Source of the DNA: Octopus sinensis
Lineage: Eukaryota
Direction of reading: 5' to 3'
NCBI RefSeq assembly: GCF_006345805.1
Contig: NC_042998.1
Location: forward strand, 98,332,001 to 98,396,000
Length of the DNA stretch: 64,000 nt
Shown: in pieces, positions 52,501 through 64,000 of the stretch
How positions within the stretch are numbered: position 1 is the first letter of the stretch
Layout: each line of letters begins with the position of its first letter
Made by a program: the position numbers and the translations under genes
Notes under the pieces: generated by a model
Seen by the model: the letters and a program-made list of their open reading frames with translations, nothing else
Databases searched by the model: none
What the model was told of the DNA's origin: nothing

Positions 52501-55500
52501 TTAGGACTTTTTGAATATTTAGTTCAAATCTTGTCTAACTGATGAGGTAATATAATATATAAGGTAATATTACATATAGTATTAAAGGCTTTGGGATTCT
52601 CTGATTTTGAATGTAAATCAGCAATTAAGTTTTTCAGTGGCATTAACTGGATAGAATTTACAATAATATTTTTGTAACAGTTGAAAAATTGTGTGCACGC
52701 ACACGCATATACACACCCCTTCTCAAAGAATAACTTTCAGTTGTTACAAAAATACAATTGTAAATTCCATCTAGTTTATGCATTTGACTGTGCATATATA
52801 TCTATATATGTGTAATGGTGATGTAATATCTATATATCTAATATGATTATGAAAGCGTTGTAAATGTATGGAATAAATACCTATTTTCTCATCTCTTATC
52901 TGTTCGGTGTGTGTGTATGAATGTACACTCACACACACACGAAATACTTTGGAATGCAATAGCAAAATTGTAGTTAAGTGAACATTTTTTACTAATCTAA
53001 ATTACCATATTAAATTATTTTGACATGTTTTTAATAAAATAATACTTAAAAGAAAATACCACTCAATGTCAGGAAATATTAACATTAAAAGAACCAATAA
53101 AAACATAGTGTTAATAATTTCTTTATTCATTATTTAAAAATTGGAAGAGTACTTATATATATATCCATTACTGAACTTATATATATATATATATAGATAT
53201 CCTATTTTATAAGATTTTGCAGTGCAGTCTAAATAACCCCACATTATCTGCACAACTTTTCTACTTCTGTTCCTATTAATTTACTGGTTACTGTTGCCTT
53301 GGTTTACCATTCTTCACTGTTCTCTTTTACTTTTCTAATTATTTTTCTGTTGTCACTTATACAAAGGATTGCTTTTGCTTTTTTTTTTTTATAAACAAAA
53401 AAGGACTTGGAAACTTTCACTGTTGTAAACTTTTTCAGAAATATTGGCTACAAACAAGCTTCCTGCTTGCTGCATCATGGATGATGGTCTGACAAAATCA
53501 CCTGCACTCCTTATAAGTCAAAATCCTGCTACTTACAAGGAACAGGTACGCCCTGTAAGGAGTGTTTTGGTCTCAAATGTAGGGCATGCTAAATTAGTTG
53601 TTTTGTTTCAATTTTTTTTTATTATATATTTTCTAGACTACTAAGTAACTTGCTATTTTATATTTGAATATACTATTGTGAATGATTCTTTCCTTATTGA
53701 CAATAGTTCAAACCAATATCAACTCTTGTTGCTTCTGATTAAATGCTGTTATTATGATCCACTTCAGTGTTTATTTCGTGTGAGTCATGTCTGGTTTGCA
53801 TTACTATTCAAAATACATCAGTATTTTTTTATCAATCATTTATGGGGAAAATGGACACTATAAAAATATCCATGATTTTTAGGTATATAAGTGCATAGAC
53901 TATATCTGCTTTTGAATTTTGTGTTTAAAATGTTGCTGCAGACAACTAACTCTTTTTAGTTGTCTGCTTTTAAAATATAGTCCTTAAGCTATGTTTTACA
54001 ATTTGCTTTGTTTGTATTTATTTTTTTCTCCTTATCTCTCAATTCATCATATATCTAGTAATCTGATTAGTTTTTTTTTTCTTCATACCAATTACATATG
54101 CTATCAACAAAGTGACCCAGGTTATATACTTTGGGAGCATTCTGCATACTAAATACAAATGTGATAAGGTCTTGTGTATGTAATATGAGTTAAAAGCATT
54201 CAATCAACTGAAGTTATCCAAACACTTGCACAAAATGCCCTTCTAGACATGTTTAAAATAATTATTTTAAAAAAGTGATCAGCTGATCAAAATTCATGGA
54301 CAATACTTGACAAGGGAGATTACTCTATTCTGCACTCTTTAACTTGGTCCAAAATACTCCATTGACTGATCTTATTGACGTTCTCTTATTTTAGACTTTG
54401 ATCATTCCTGGAGGGAGTTTTGTCCACTAATTGTTTGGATAGCCAAATTACACTTCTGTGTTAACAAGATTTTAATATGCAAGATCTTTGCTTTCACTGT
54501 ATATTGATAAATTTTAGGCAAACTTGTGAATTCATTTTAATACATACATTGGTTGGCGAGCATTTAAAACATTTTGGAAATCTACAGCTTAATTATTTAG
54601 TTAATTAATATTCAGTAATCATCTTTTTTGCAATGCTTCTAAACTGAGATAGTGGCCTAATTTGAAATGCTATAGAAACATTAAAAGGAAAAGCTTCTGT
54701 AAAGAAAATGTAGGAAAATATTTTATCTTTTTAAAATTTCATTTATTAAATTAATCTTCTCCATCGTTAACCACCATAGTTTCATGTTATTCACATTTAC
54801 ATGGATGGTCATTTTTTTCCCCCTGTTAATATTCTGTTTTTAAATCTGAGTGGTTCTTGGCATATATTTTTCTTTACTCTTATTTGTAAAAGCTGGTTTA
54901 TGATATAAATTTCTCGTAACTCCTGTGAAGAATATGATAACTAAAAATTATGCATCACACTCTAGAAATATAACTTATACATTTTACAGAATATATGTTC
55001 TATATTAGCTGTTTTCTATTTTCTTTTTGACTTCACTTCAGAGGGGTGGTTGAAATAGGTTTTTTAATAACTATAGTAGCACATTATCAACTATAGCTGC
55101 TGCTATCTGTTGATACACTCAATGCATATATTCACCTAAATTAAAGGCATTTGTTATGGATTCATTGAAAAAATTTTGATGTTTCTCAATACAAGAAAAT
55201 GTTGATAGAAATTGCATTTAAAATTAAAATACTTATACTGCTATTGTTTTGTTCTCGATTTAGAAAAAATATTTATTTATTTATTTTACTTTCAACACAG
55301 ATTTTGTTATATCATTAGTGTCCTAAGTTTTGACATTTTGTCTTCATGGCAAAAAGCAAATTTGAAACCATTTTCACTGGTCAAAGCCCATGACCACATG
55401 TGAGATCAGTGTAATCAATTACTGCTTTTAAAGTGGAGTTTAGTTCAGTGCTGCAAGCCAACAAATGTTTTATTATATTGCTGCTTACAATAGTAAATTG

Positions 55501-57161
55501 TACAATCCTGAGGTACTGATGTGCTAATTACCACAGATGAACTAGGCTGTTGGGAGTTAACCTTGGCTATAGATGCAACATGACACCTGTAGTATGATAT
55601 GAATGTCCAGTCTCTTGCGCATTTATTCAGTACCATGTCAACATAGCCATCTGGCTTTGGTACTCAAATGTAAATAATTTTAATTGTGTTTTTTTAATTA
55701 ATATATTGAAAGTAGATACCTAAAGCATATCTAATGTAGACATGTGTGAAGTTATTTATTTGAAAGCCTTTAACTGTAGATGTTATAGATGATGTGAAAG
55801 CATTCTATTGTTCTCTGAAGTAAATAGAAAAAACCTGGGAATCCTCTTAGCTACCCAGAGAAATAATTATTTAAATTGATGTATATAACAGTAACTTAAC
55901 AGGATGGTTTTCCTAATATGTATATTGTTTATTAGTCCACTATGTACTTAATGAAACTGCTATTTCTCTGAGTCACCAAACATAAAGAGTGCATCCTTTC
56001 TGCTGAGAGGATAATTATCTCCAAAATCAAGTATGTAGGACAAGTCTCAGTTCTTTTTCTGTTTACTTCAGAGACCAATAGGATATTTTCTCAGCATCTG
56101 TAATCTCCACAAGTAAAGGCTTTCAAATAAATGTAGATGTATTTACATTAGACAAGTTTCAAATATTCTGATTAGCTCTATATAAGCATATACTATTTAA
56201 CTAAAAATAGATAATTTACTCAATATATTAAATTTTTTTCTCCCACTCCTTTTAGTTAAAGAAGTATCATAAGAGTTATAATTTTTCTTCAAATTTTCCA
56301 TTTAGTGTTTTCTTAATGTTTGTCATTTTCTCAAGTGTATTCAGTTCTTGTATGTTTGGCAGGTGATTTGATTTGCACTCATATTGAAACAGATAGTGTT
56401 GTGTTTTGGTTTATCCATGTTGTTTATTCACTAAATGTTAAAAACATTATTTATGAATGAATAAGGGGTAGAAAGCATTTTAATAATTGACAAAGAAAAT
56501 TCAGATGTGACCAAAATGCTAAACATATGCACACACTCATAGAAATAACAGTAATAAATTAAATTGTAAATATCCACAATACATGCATACAACTGAATTT
56601 TTCCCCCCTCAAAAAAACAAAAAACAAAACAAAAAAACAAATTATAACTTCTCACTCTCTTCAGACAGAATTGTTATTTATAAAATTGTTGTTGAAGTAC
56701 TTGGGGGTTTTGGATGTTAAGAAATTTCCTAGGAAGTGTATTTCTACCAATATAATCTAATGTCTTTATTGAAAGTTTACTGCTAGATTTTGAATTGTTA
56801 AAGATTGATTGTGTTTTTTCTTATTTAGTTCATTGGGAAATTTGTCTCTTACTTACCATAAGTTATTAAATTGGTTAAATAATTTTTGTATGGGAAGAAG
56901 TGTTCTTTCATTACTTTGTCAGTTTGCAGATTCTATTCTTGTTTTTCTATGATTTTGAAAAAAATCTTGTTTCAAGGCTTTTATTCTTAATTTAATGTTA
57001 TCCCTAATGTACAGTATTATTGAAAGAAAATGAATCAAATGTTTCCTAGAACAACTTTATATCTTGTCCCTTTTTTTTTCTGTTTGTGTGTTTGTGAATC
57101 TATATTTGTGTATATCTGCAAATTATATTATGTCTTTTTCTTTTTCCATATTTAATTACAG

Positions 57162-57269
57162 ATCAAATCTCTTTTCAAAAAAGACAAACATGAACTTGGA
57201 ATGGCAGAGAGATTTATTTCTGGGTCATTAGCTGGTGCTATCTCACAAACTATTATTTACCCCATGGAA
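57162..57269 (+). CDS. SLC25A25: SCaMC exon 7 (108 nt)
   Basis: Acceptor tttaattacag|, donor GAA|gtaagt. [36 protein letters not shown]. Confidence 0.96.
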
Positions 57270-57854
57270 GTAAGTTTATTGAGTGGGCTCTTTTTATTTT
57301 ATATTCATTGTATATGTATAATGTGCACTCATATATGCTTACATACATATATTGCCCTACAGAAAGAAATAAAATCTCACATGTTAGTCTCTTGCTGCCC
57401 TTGCTTATTTGATATCCTTTCATTTCTATATTTTTCACTGCTATCTGTAATGATGGAAAACACTGGATTTGTTCATATTCAGTTTTCTTCCTCTTCCCAC
57501 TGCCGGTGTCTCTATATCTCTTCCTTCTATCACAATACCCGAATAATGTGAGGTTGCATTGGGTCTATTGTTATCTGATGCACTTCTTCTTTTACCCTTT
57601 TGTATTGCTTGCTATCTCTTTGCCATGTCATTCGTTTATTGATATTCATCACTTTCTTGATTAATCCTGACTTACATGGTTTCTTATCAGCTAACATTGC
57701 TCTTCTATACTGCAAGCCACTTTTCCATATATTCTGGGTAACTCATTACTAGCATCCATCATACTCTCTTAGCACCAACTATTTCTACAACTACCCATCA
57801 TTTGCTCTCTCTTTCTCTCTCTCTAGCAAATATATAGCAGCTACTAGTATCTCT

Positions 57855-58075
57855 TTACCATTACTTTAGGGATAAAAATCTTTACCGAGCCATATAGACT
57901 CATAGAGCCAGTTTCCTGGTTTCCATGGCATATATATTCCCCACTGATCTGTCGCAGGATTACTCATTTTTGTCTGCTGAGTAGACTAGAGTAACGTGCA
58001 ACGAAGTGTTTTGCTCCAGGAATCAAAACCACAATTGTATGATCATGAGTCCAACACCCTAACCACTAAACGATG
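57855..58075 (-). mobile_element. SINE S3-like copy
   Basis: Reverse complement resembles the 20080 copy (head gtttagtggttagggtg...gtggttttgattcctgg). Confidence 0.6.
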
Positions 58076-58795
58076 TGCTGCCACTTCTCTCATTACACCT
58101 TGCCATTACTGTCTCCCTTCCATCTCCTAGTACTCTATCAATTTTCACTCTTTTACTACACTGTCACTTTGTTTTCCCTATCAGATTTTCACTTCTTTCT
58201 TATTACTCTTTCTTCTACTTGCTCTGTTGGTTGTGTTGTCATGAAGGATCGGACTGTTTTGTTTTGTGGGGTACAATGCAATTTCATTAATGTTAGTGCC
58301 ACCATAAAATCCTCCCTGTGCACTTTGTTAAAGGATTAGGAAATTAGCAGAAACAGTGTTGGGTTGAGAAGAGCCTTTAGTCTTGTGAAGGACATGACAA
58401 CCCCTCTGGTACTGGTGCTACAATAAAACGCATTCTATATGCTCTGACATGGACCAGGATACTTTTCCAGCACAGCATGGAAAGTGGTCATATGAGGAGA
58501 ATGAAAGAAGAAGAAGAAGTCACGGCGGCGGCGTGAATTATATTTTTCATTTGTATGGGTTAATGACATTGACAAATTGAAACTAGTGATAGAAAGTAAG
58601 ATCAGTAGTAAGTTCCAACAGATAATGTGCATTATCTAAAGTCTCAAAACAAATTTTGTGTTTGTGGTATAATTTTAAATCATATCTGTAGGTGAAGACT
58701 TGAACATTTAAACCATTCGGTCAGATGTGTTCAGTGTTTTGATATTGACTCAAATTTGCAGTTTTTATATATTTTTCATGTTTTATATATTTCAG

Positions 58796-58963
58796 GTACT
58801 GAAAACAAGATTAGCTGTTCGAAAAACTGGACAATACAAGGGTATTTTTGATTGCGCAAAACAACTCTTCGGAATTGAAGGTGTTTCTTGCTTCTATAAA
58901 GGCTACATTCCAAACTTAATAGGAATTCTTCCATATGCTGGAATTGATCTTTGTGTATATGAG
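58796..58963 (+). CDS. SLC25A25: SCaMC exon 8 (168 nt)
   Basis: Acceptor tatatttcag|, donor GAG|gtaaat. [56 protein letters not shown]. Confidence 0.97.
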
Positions 58964-60243
58964 GTAAATATACTTTTTGGTTATATTTATATATTATATT
59001 TATATTAAATTTTTTTTCCATGAAGTAGCATATGTTCATTTACATTTTGTTGGAACTCTCTTTCATGAAGAAATCAATTGGTTTTATTGGGCATGCAAAC
59101 CAGATTGACTATATTCTAACCAGAAAACAAGATAGATAAATGTTTGTAAATGCAAAGTCCTTCCCCAGTGAAGAATGATATGGAAGCTTGAAGATTTAGA
59201 GATGTCTTAACTGAAGTATTTAATGAGATGAAAGTGATAGACATATAACACAGAGGACATGTGGAAATTCTTATGGGACGACCTACTGGGGACTACAAAC
59301 TAAATCTGGCTGATGCAAAGTCCCAGTCAGACCAAGGGTGACATGGTAGTGGATCAGTGAAGTAGACAGTCATAAAAGTGAAGAGAGGTTTGGAAGAATT
59401 GGAGTAGATAAGGCTTATCTCAAAGAGAAGCTAGGCAATAGATAAATTTAGCAAGAACAGCCACAGTCATGCTCTTACCATGTTCACTTCACTCACCCTG
59501 ACTCTATCCCTTCACTAGAATCTACAAGTATACAGAAATAGATTGGGCAGTGAGAGTACAACATGTCCATCTAACTTCACTCCATGCAGTTCATCACTAC
59601 ATGTTACAGTGTGCAATATGGTTTTCAGCTAGGTGATAGCATGGTATAACTGGAATGGATCTGTGGTTAAGACTAGTTTATTTGGTTAATTATCTTGGAA
59701 TTACACAACAACATATCTGTGACTTTGTACTGGTGTAAGAATCCAAGGCTTGTACAATGCCAAACAAAATGCCTTGCATTATTAAATTATGGCTTTTAAT
59801 ATTCTCAGTTCAAACTGTACACCACAAGGTTTACGTTACCATTCATCTCTCTATTGTTAAAATACCATTTCCTAAAATTTGTATCTATGTGTCAAGTTTT
59901 TGTCATTTCCAACCTAAAACCATTTCATTCCACATACAATACCCATCACTCACAAGCATGACAGTAGTATGTAGTATGCTGTCATAATTGATGTCATGTG
60001 CATCCTTCACCCAGTGGAATAAAAAGTCCACTGGACGGAGAGGAGACGGCACCAGCACTCAGCTGAGTAATCTGGAAGAATGAGAAATGACGGCATGTGG
60101 TTTGGGTGTTTGGGTTTCCATCTATAGTCATGGGTTAGATTCCAAGTTGTATGTTGTATCTTTGAGCAAAGTACTCCACTTAGATTAATAATATCCTAAA
60201 GAAAGGTATGAGCATTACAACTTTTCATTCTTCTCTTTTTCAG

Positions 60244-60391
60244 ACATTGAAGTCAATGTATCTTGCCAGAAGCAAAAGCAAACAAGATCCAAGCATTTTT
60301 GTGATATTGACCTGTGGTACGATAAGCAGCACTTGTGGCCAACTAACAAGTTATCCTCTAGCTCTGGTCCGAACTAGACTCCAGGCTCATG
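60244..60391 (+). CDS. SLC25A25: SCaMC exon 9 (148 nt)
   Basis: Acceptor ctctttttcag|, donor G|gtatta. TLKSMYLARSKSKQDPSIFVILTCGTISSTCGQLTSYPLALVRTRLQAH-G, with the SCaMC-typical third signature PLALVR. Confidence 0.96.
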
Positions 60392-61709
60392 GTATTATTT
60401 TGTATAAATTATCTTTCTCACAAATCCATTCTTGACTATTCAGGCAGTATCCAAATTGCTCATGTTCTTATTTTCCGTAATTCCCCCACATATTTGATCT
60501 GTTTTTGCATCAGATGATGGAATTTCTTGACTTTTCATTTGAGCTGTCCAGCAGTAGGTGAACAGATCTGGCATGCTGCCTACACTACATTCATCTCGTT
60601 GGGAGATGCAGGCGACGATTTGTTATTATATTAGGGCAATATACTAAATAATGTAATGTTATTTAGTTAAGATTCCTTACATATCTGGTTTGTTTGGCTG
60701 GATGCTGAAGCTATTTTAGCTCTTTTTTTTCTTGTGTGTGTGTTTTGGCATGAAGGCATACACTTAAAAATATACTCATACAGGAAGAGAGCAAAACATT
60801 ACAATGTATTTGAAATGAACCTGATTGACACTAACTGGGCCAATCTCCGTGTGTAGATAAAAAGCAACACAAGCAGAAAGAGAGAAACGGTAGAACTGAA
60901 TTTGCTAAAATGCAGTTATCGCCCTTGATATGTTGACTTTATCATCACAGTAATTTCATGTTCGTTTTCCAATGCCTCGAGGATTGGACAGTTTGACAGG
61001 ATTTGACAATCTGCAGAACTGTGTCAAGATTCAGCGTCAGTGTTAGCATAGTTTCTACACTTGGATGCCTTTCCTAATGCCAGCCACTTTACAGTGTGTA
61101 TTAGGTGCCTTTTTTGTCACACTGGCACTAATGAGGCCACCGGTAACTTTCAAGACAATGAAAAAGATAAAATCCCCTCAAATGAGTATAGGTGTATTGG
61201 ATAGAGGGGGAGGTGGTTTTATAGCTGAGAGATAATCACAGGTGTTTTGTTATAGAGGTGATGACAAGGAGCCAGAGTGTACTCAAGGCACAAGGAGGAA
61301 AGTATAGGGAACAATACAGACACTGAAAGACTATTATTATTAAAAGCAGAAAAGATTATTATGCCACTTGTGAGCTATGCTCCTTAAGATGTTCTTATGT
61401 AGAATAAAACAAAATTTCTTGATGTCAGAACATCTGAGGGCCAACATATTCAATGTTAAATGAATTCAGTACCAAATCAGCATGGCCATTTGGGATGGGC
61501 TGAAAGACATCCCAAACCTAATCTAATGATAGTCAAAATATCCTACTGACGTTATTTGGTACTTTGAATGGTATCAGTAAGATATTAGGAATTAATTTAC
61601 TTTGCACTATTTTCTTCACATTTAGCCTTGAGGTTATTTTTGTTGTTGCTAAAAATTTGGATTTGTTTGTATAATTATATAATTTGAACTTTTTTTTTTT
61701 CTTGCTCAG

Positions 61710-61879
61710 GAGCTTCTCACACAATGACCAGCATGTTCAAAGACATTTTAAGGAAGGATGGTTTCAGAGGACTTTATCGAGGTCTTACTCCAAATTTTAT
61801 GAAAGTGGCACCAGCAGTTAGCATAAGCTATGTAGTATATGAACATACTCGGACTGCATTAGGAGTATCTTCAACTTAA
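61710..61879 (+). CDS. SLC25A25: SCaMC exon 10, coding part to TAA stop
   Basis: Acceptor ttttcttgctcag|. (G)[55 protein letters not shown]. Absent from the ORF track but in frame with exon 9. Confidence 0.96.
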
Positions 61880-62259
61880 CATGTTAATTTCACGAACTCA
61901 ACATCAACACAAAAAGAAAAAAAAGGGGTCAGTTTCTATCTCCCTCTTACATGTTCTCATTATCGTTGCATTGAGAACATAGACAGAAATAGGTACAGTG
62001 AAAAAACAAAAAAGACCTGAGAACTAGTCTGGAAGCAGAAAGTGACTCAATAAGAGTTAAGAAATGAAGATCTTATATATAAAAAAAGATTGTTCAAGAA
62101 AATGTTAAAACAGTGTTTGCTACTGGAAATTTGATAAAATGTTTTTATTGTTGCAAGATGCAAGATAACCAAGTACATGGAATAATGGAATATTCATTCC
62201 TGGAAAGAAACCTGCCTTAATGTTATTGTTTTTGTTTTGTTTTATTTTTTTTATAAATG

Positions 62260-62470
62260 GGATTGACAGAATCATGAGAGCATTGGACAAAATGCCTTGA
62301 GGCATATTTAGTTACAGCTCTTTATGTTTGTAGTTCAAATCCCACAAAGGTCAACTTTGCCTTTCATCCTTCAGGGCTAGATAAAATAAAGTACCAGTAA
62401 AGTACTGGGGGTTGATTTTAATCAACTAATCCCTCCCTACAAATATGTGGTTTTGTGCCTGTCTTAGAAA
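62260..62470 (+). mobile_element. SINE S1 in the probable 3'UTR
   Basis: gttcaaatcccacaaaggtcaactttgcctttcatcc...ataaaataaagtaccag core. Confidence 0.8.
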
Positions 62471-62562
62471 TGGTTAAAATTATTCTGAGAAAATAGAAAA
62501 TTATTTTGACTTGACTGTCACTTTATTGTTTTTAATTCATAATTTAACAATTAAAATGCATC

Positions 62563-62568
62563 AATAAA
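62563..62568 (+). terminator. Candidate polyadenylation signal AATAAA (alternatives at 62385-62390 and 63346-63351)
   Basis: Hexamer downstream of the stop codon. Which site is used cannot be decided in AT-rich sequence. Confidence 0.3.
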
Positions 62569-63597
62569 TATTAAGGATTGGTGCTTACAGGATGTGCTGT
62601 ACTCATACAGGAAACATGAAGTAAATAGCTTGCATATAATGTTTGATATCGCAAACATTTACTTCATTTTTCATTCTTTATTTGGTGTGATTTTCAACTA
62701 GGATAGGAGAATTTGAAGGAATATGTAAGCAGTCATCAGGATTGTAAATATTTTAACATAGTCAGTTTTTTTCTTCTTGGATGATGGTAAAATACATTGT
62801 GGAAAAGGCTTGGCACCTCATACTAGGATCTTTTGGTTTATAATGTTATGGATTACAATTGCTCTCACTAATGTATGTTTGAATGTGCATGTTTATGTGT
62901 ATTAATGAAATACAGTAGATATCTTTGCAGTAAATTCTACTGTCAAAATCATTTAAAATCCATATTTTACATTCCTTTTTCACTTCTAAATTTCATTTGC
63001 TCTAATCTGGAGCATAGTTCTAATCTACTTTAGAAATAATAATTCCTAATTTTGTGATCAGTCTCTTTAGAAATGTTGTCAGAGTAGTGGTGAGCAATAC
63101 ACTGTCTTTCACTTGCCTGATCAGATGGCTTGTTCTTATTTTCCTTTTGTTGGTGCCTCTTTCATTTCTGATTTTTTACCTCCTGTGCCTCTCTTTCTCT
63201 TTGCTTTTATTAGACTTCCTGAGTTTCTCTCTCTTTCTCTTACTTTTATATGATCCTATACTGATCCAAAGCTAAGTTCTTAATCCTTTTTTTGTGTGAA
63301 GATAACATTTTTTAATGTGTTTCATCAAACATCATCCATAGTAACAATAAAGAAAAGTGATGACAATGTGTCATATAAAATATTCAATATCATATGCTGC
63401 TGATTGCTTTTTAATTCACTTTTTTTAATACCCAATTTACTTTTAAATTCAATTTAGTGTGCTACTTGTTAACATCTATATTTTTTTAGTAGTTTTATTA
63501 ATATGTAAACATTTTTTTTAGTATGTGTGTATTTTGTATATGTATTTGTAGCCTGGGAAGGTTATTCTGCTAATAATAAGCACACACTGGTTCTAAT

Positions 63598-64000
63598 AGC
63601 ATGCTGGGTAAAATGCTTAGCGGTGTTTCATTTGTCTTTATGTTCCAAGTTCAAATTCCGTTGTGGTCGACTTTACCTTTCATCCTCTCGGGGTCAATAA
63701 AATAAGTACTAGTTGACCACTGGAGTTAATGTAATCGACTACCCCATCCCCCTAATTGCTGGTCTTGTGCCAAAGTTTGAAACCATTATTATTACTTAAG
63801 GCAGCATGCTGACAGAATTGTTAGAAACGCTGGGCAAAATGCTTAGTGGCATTTCATCTGTCCTTACATTCTGAGTTCAAATTCCGCCGAGGTCAGCTTT
63901 GCCTTTCATCCTTTGGGGGGTCAATAAAATAAGTACCAGTTGAGTGCTGGGTTTAATATAATCGACTTATCCCCTCCTCCAAATTTCAGGTCTTGTGCCT
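63598..64000 (+). mobile_element. Two tandem SINE S1 copies (63598-63790, 63800 to window end)
   Basis: Both carry gttcaaattccg..g.ggtc..cttt.cctttcatcc...gggtcaataaaataagtac; the second has the head ggcagcatgctgacagaa. Confidence 0.88.

Noticed and set aside
53439-53545. 107-nt exon-like island in intron 6 as an alternative to exon 7
   Set aside because: One nt short of frame-preserving, has a stop in the phase-0 frame, and shows no similarity to exon 7.

Overview
AT-rich animal genomic DNA; the SINE/LINE repertoire suggests a coleoid cephalopod such as Octopus (inference). The window holds nine coding exons (2-10; exon 1 lies upstream) of one + strand gene for a calcium-binding mitochondrial ATP-Mg/Pi carrier (SCaMC, SLC25A23/24/25 family). 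All junctions are GT-AG and splice in frame to 406 codons plus a stop at 61877-61879. The introns, including a 31 kb intron 3, carry decayed RTE and CR1-group LINE fragments, several tRNA-derived SINE families, two mariner relics, an internally deleted piggyBac with related MITEs, microsatellites and local duplications. There are no prokaryotic features, CRISPR arrays or true tRNA/rRNA genes. The best new signals concern alternative forms of the EF-hand domain: an in-frame 45-nt cassette exon at 9001-9045 with strong splice sites and nearby TGCATG motifs, and a TATA/Inr promoter candidate in intron 2 with a Kozak-ATG mini-exon. Also notable are an open second reading frame through exon 3 and a 26-bp intronic hairpin whose four mismatches are all G-U wobbles in the sense RNA. 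Comparisons with human genes and repeat families are from memory and need alignment checks.
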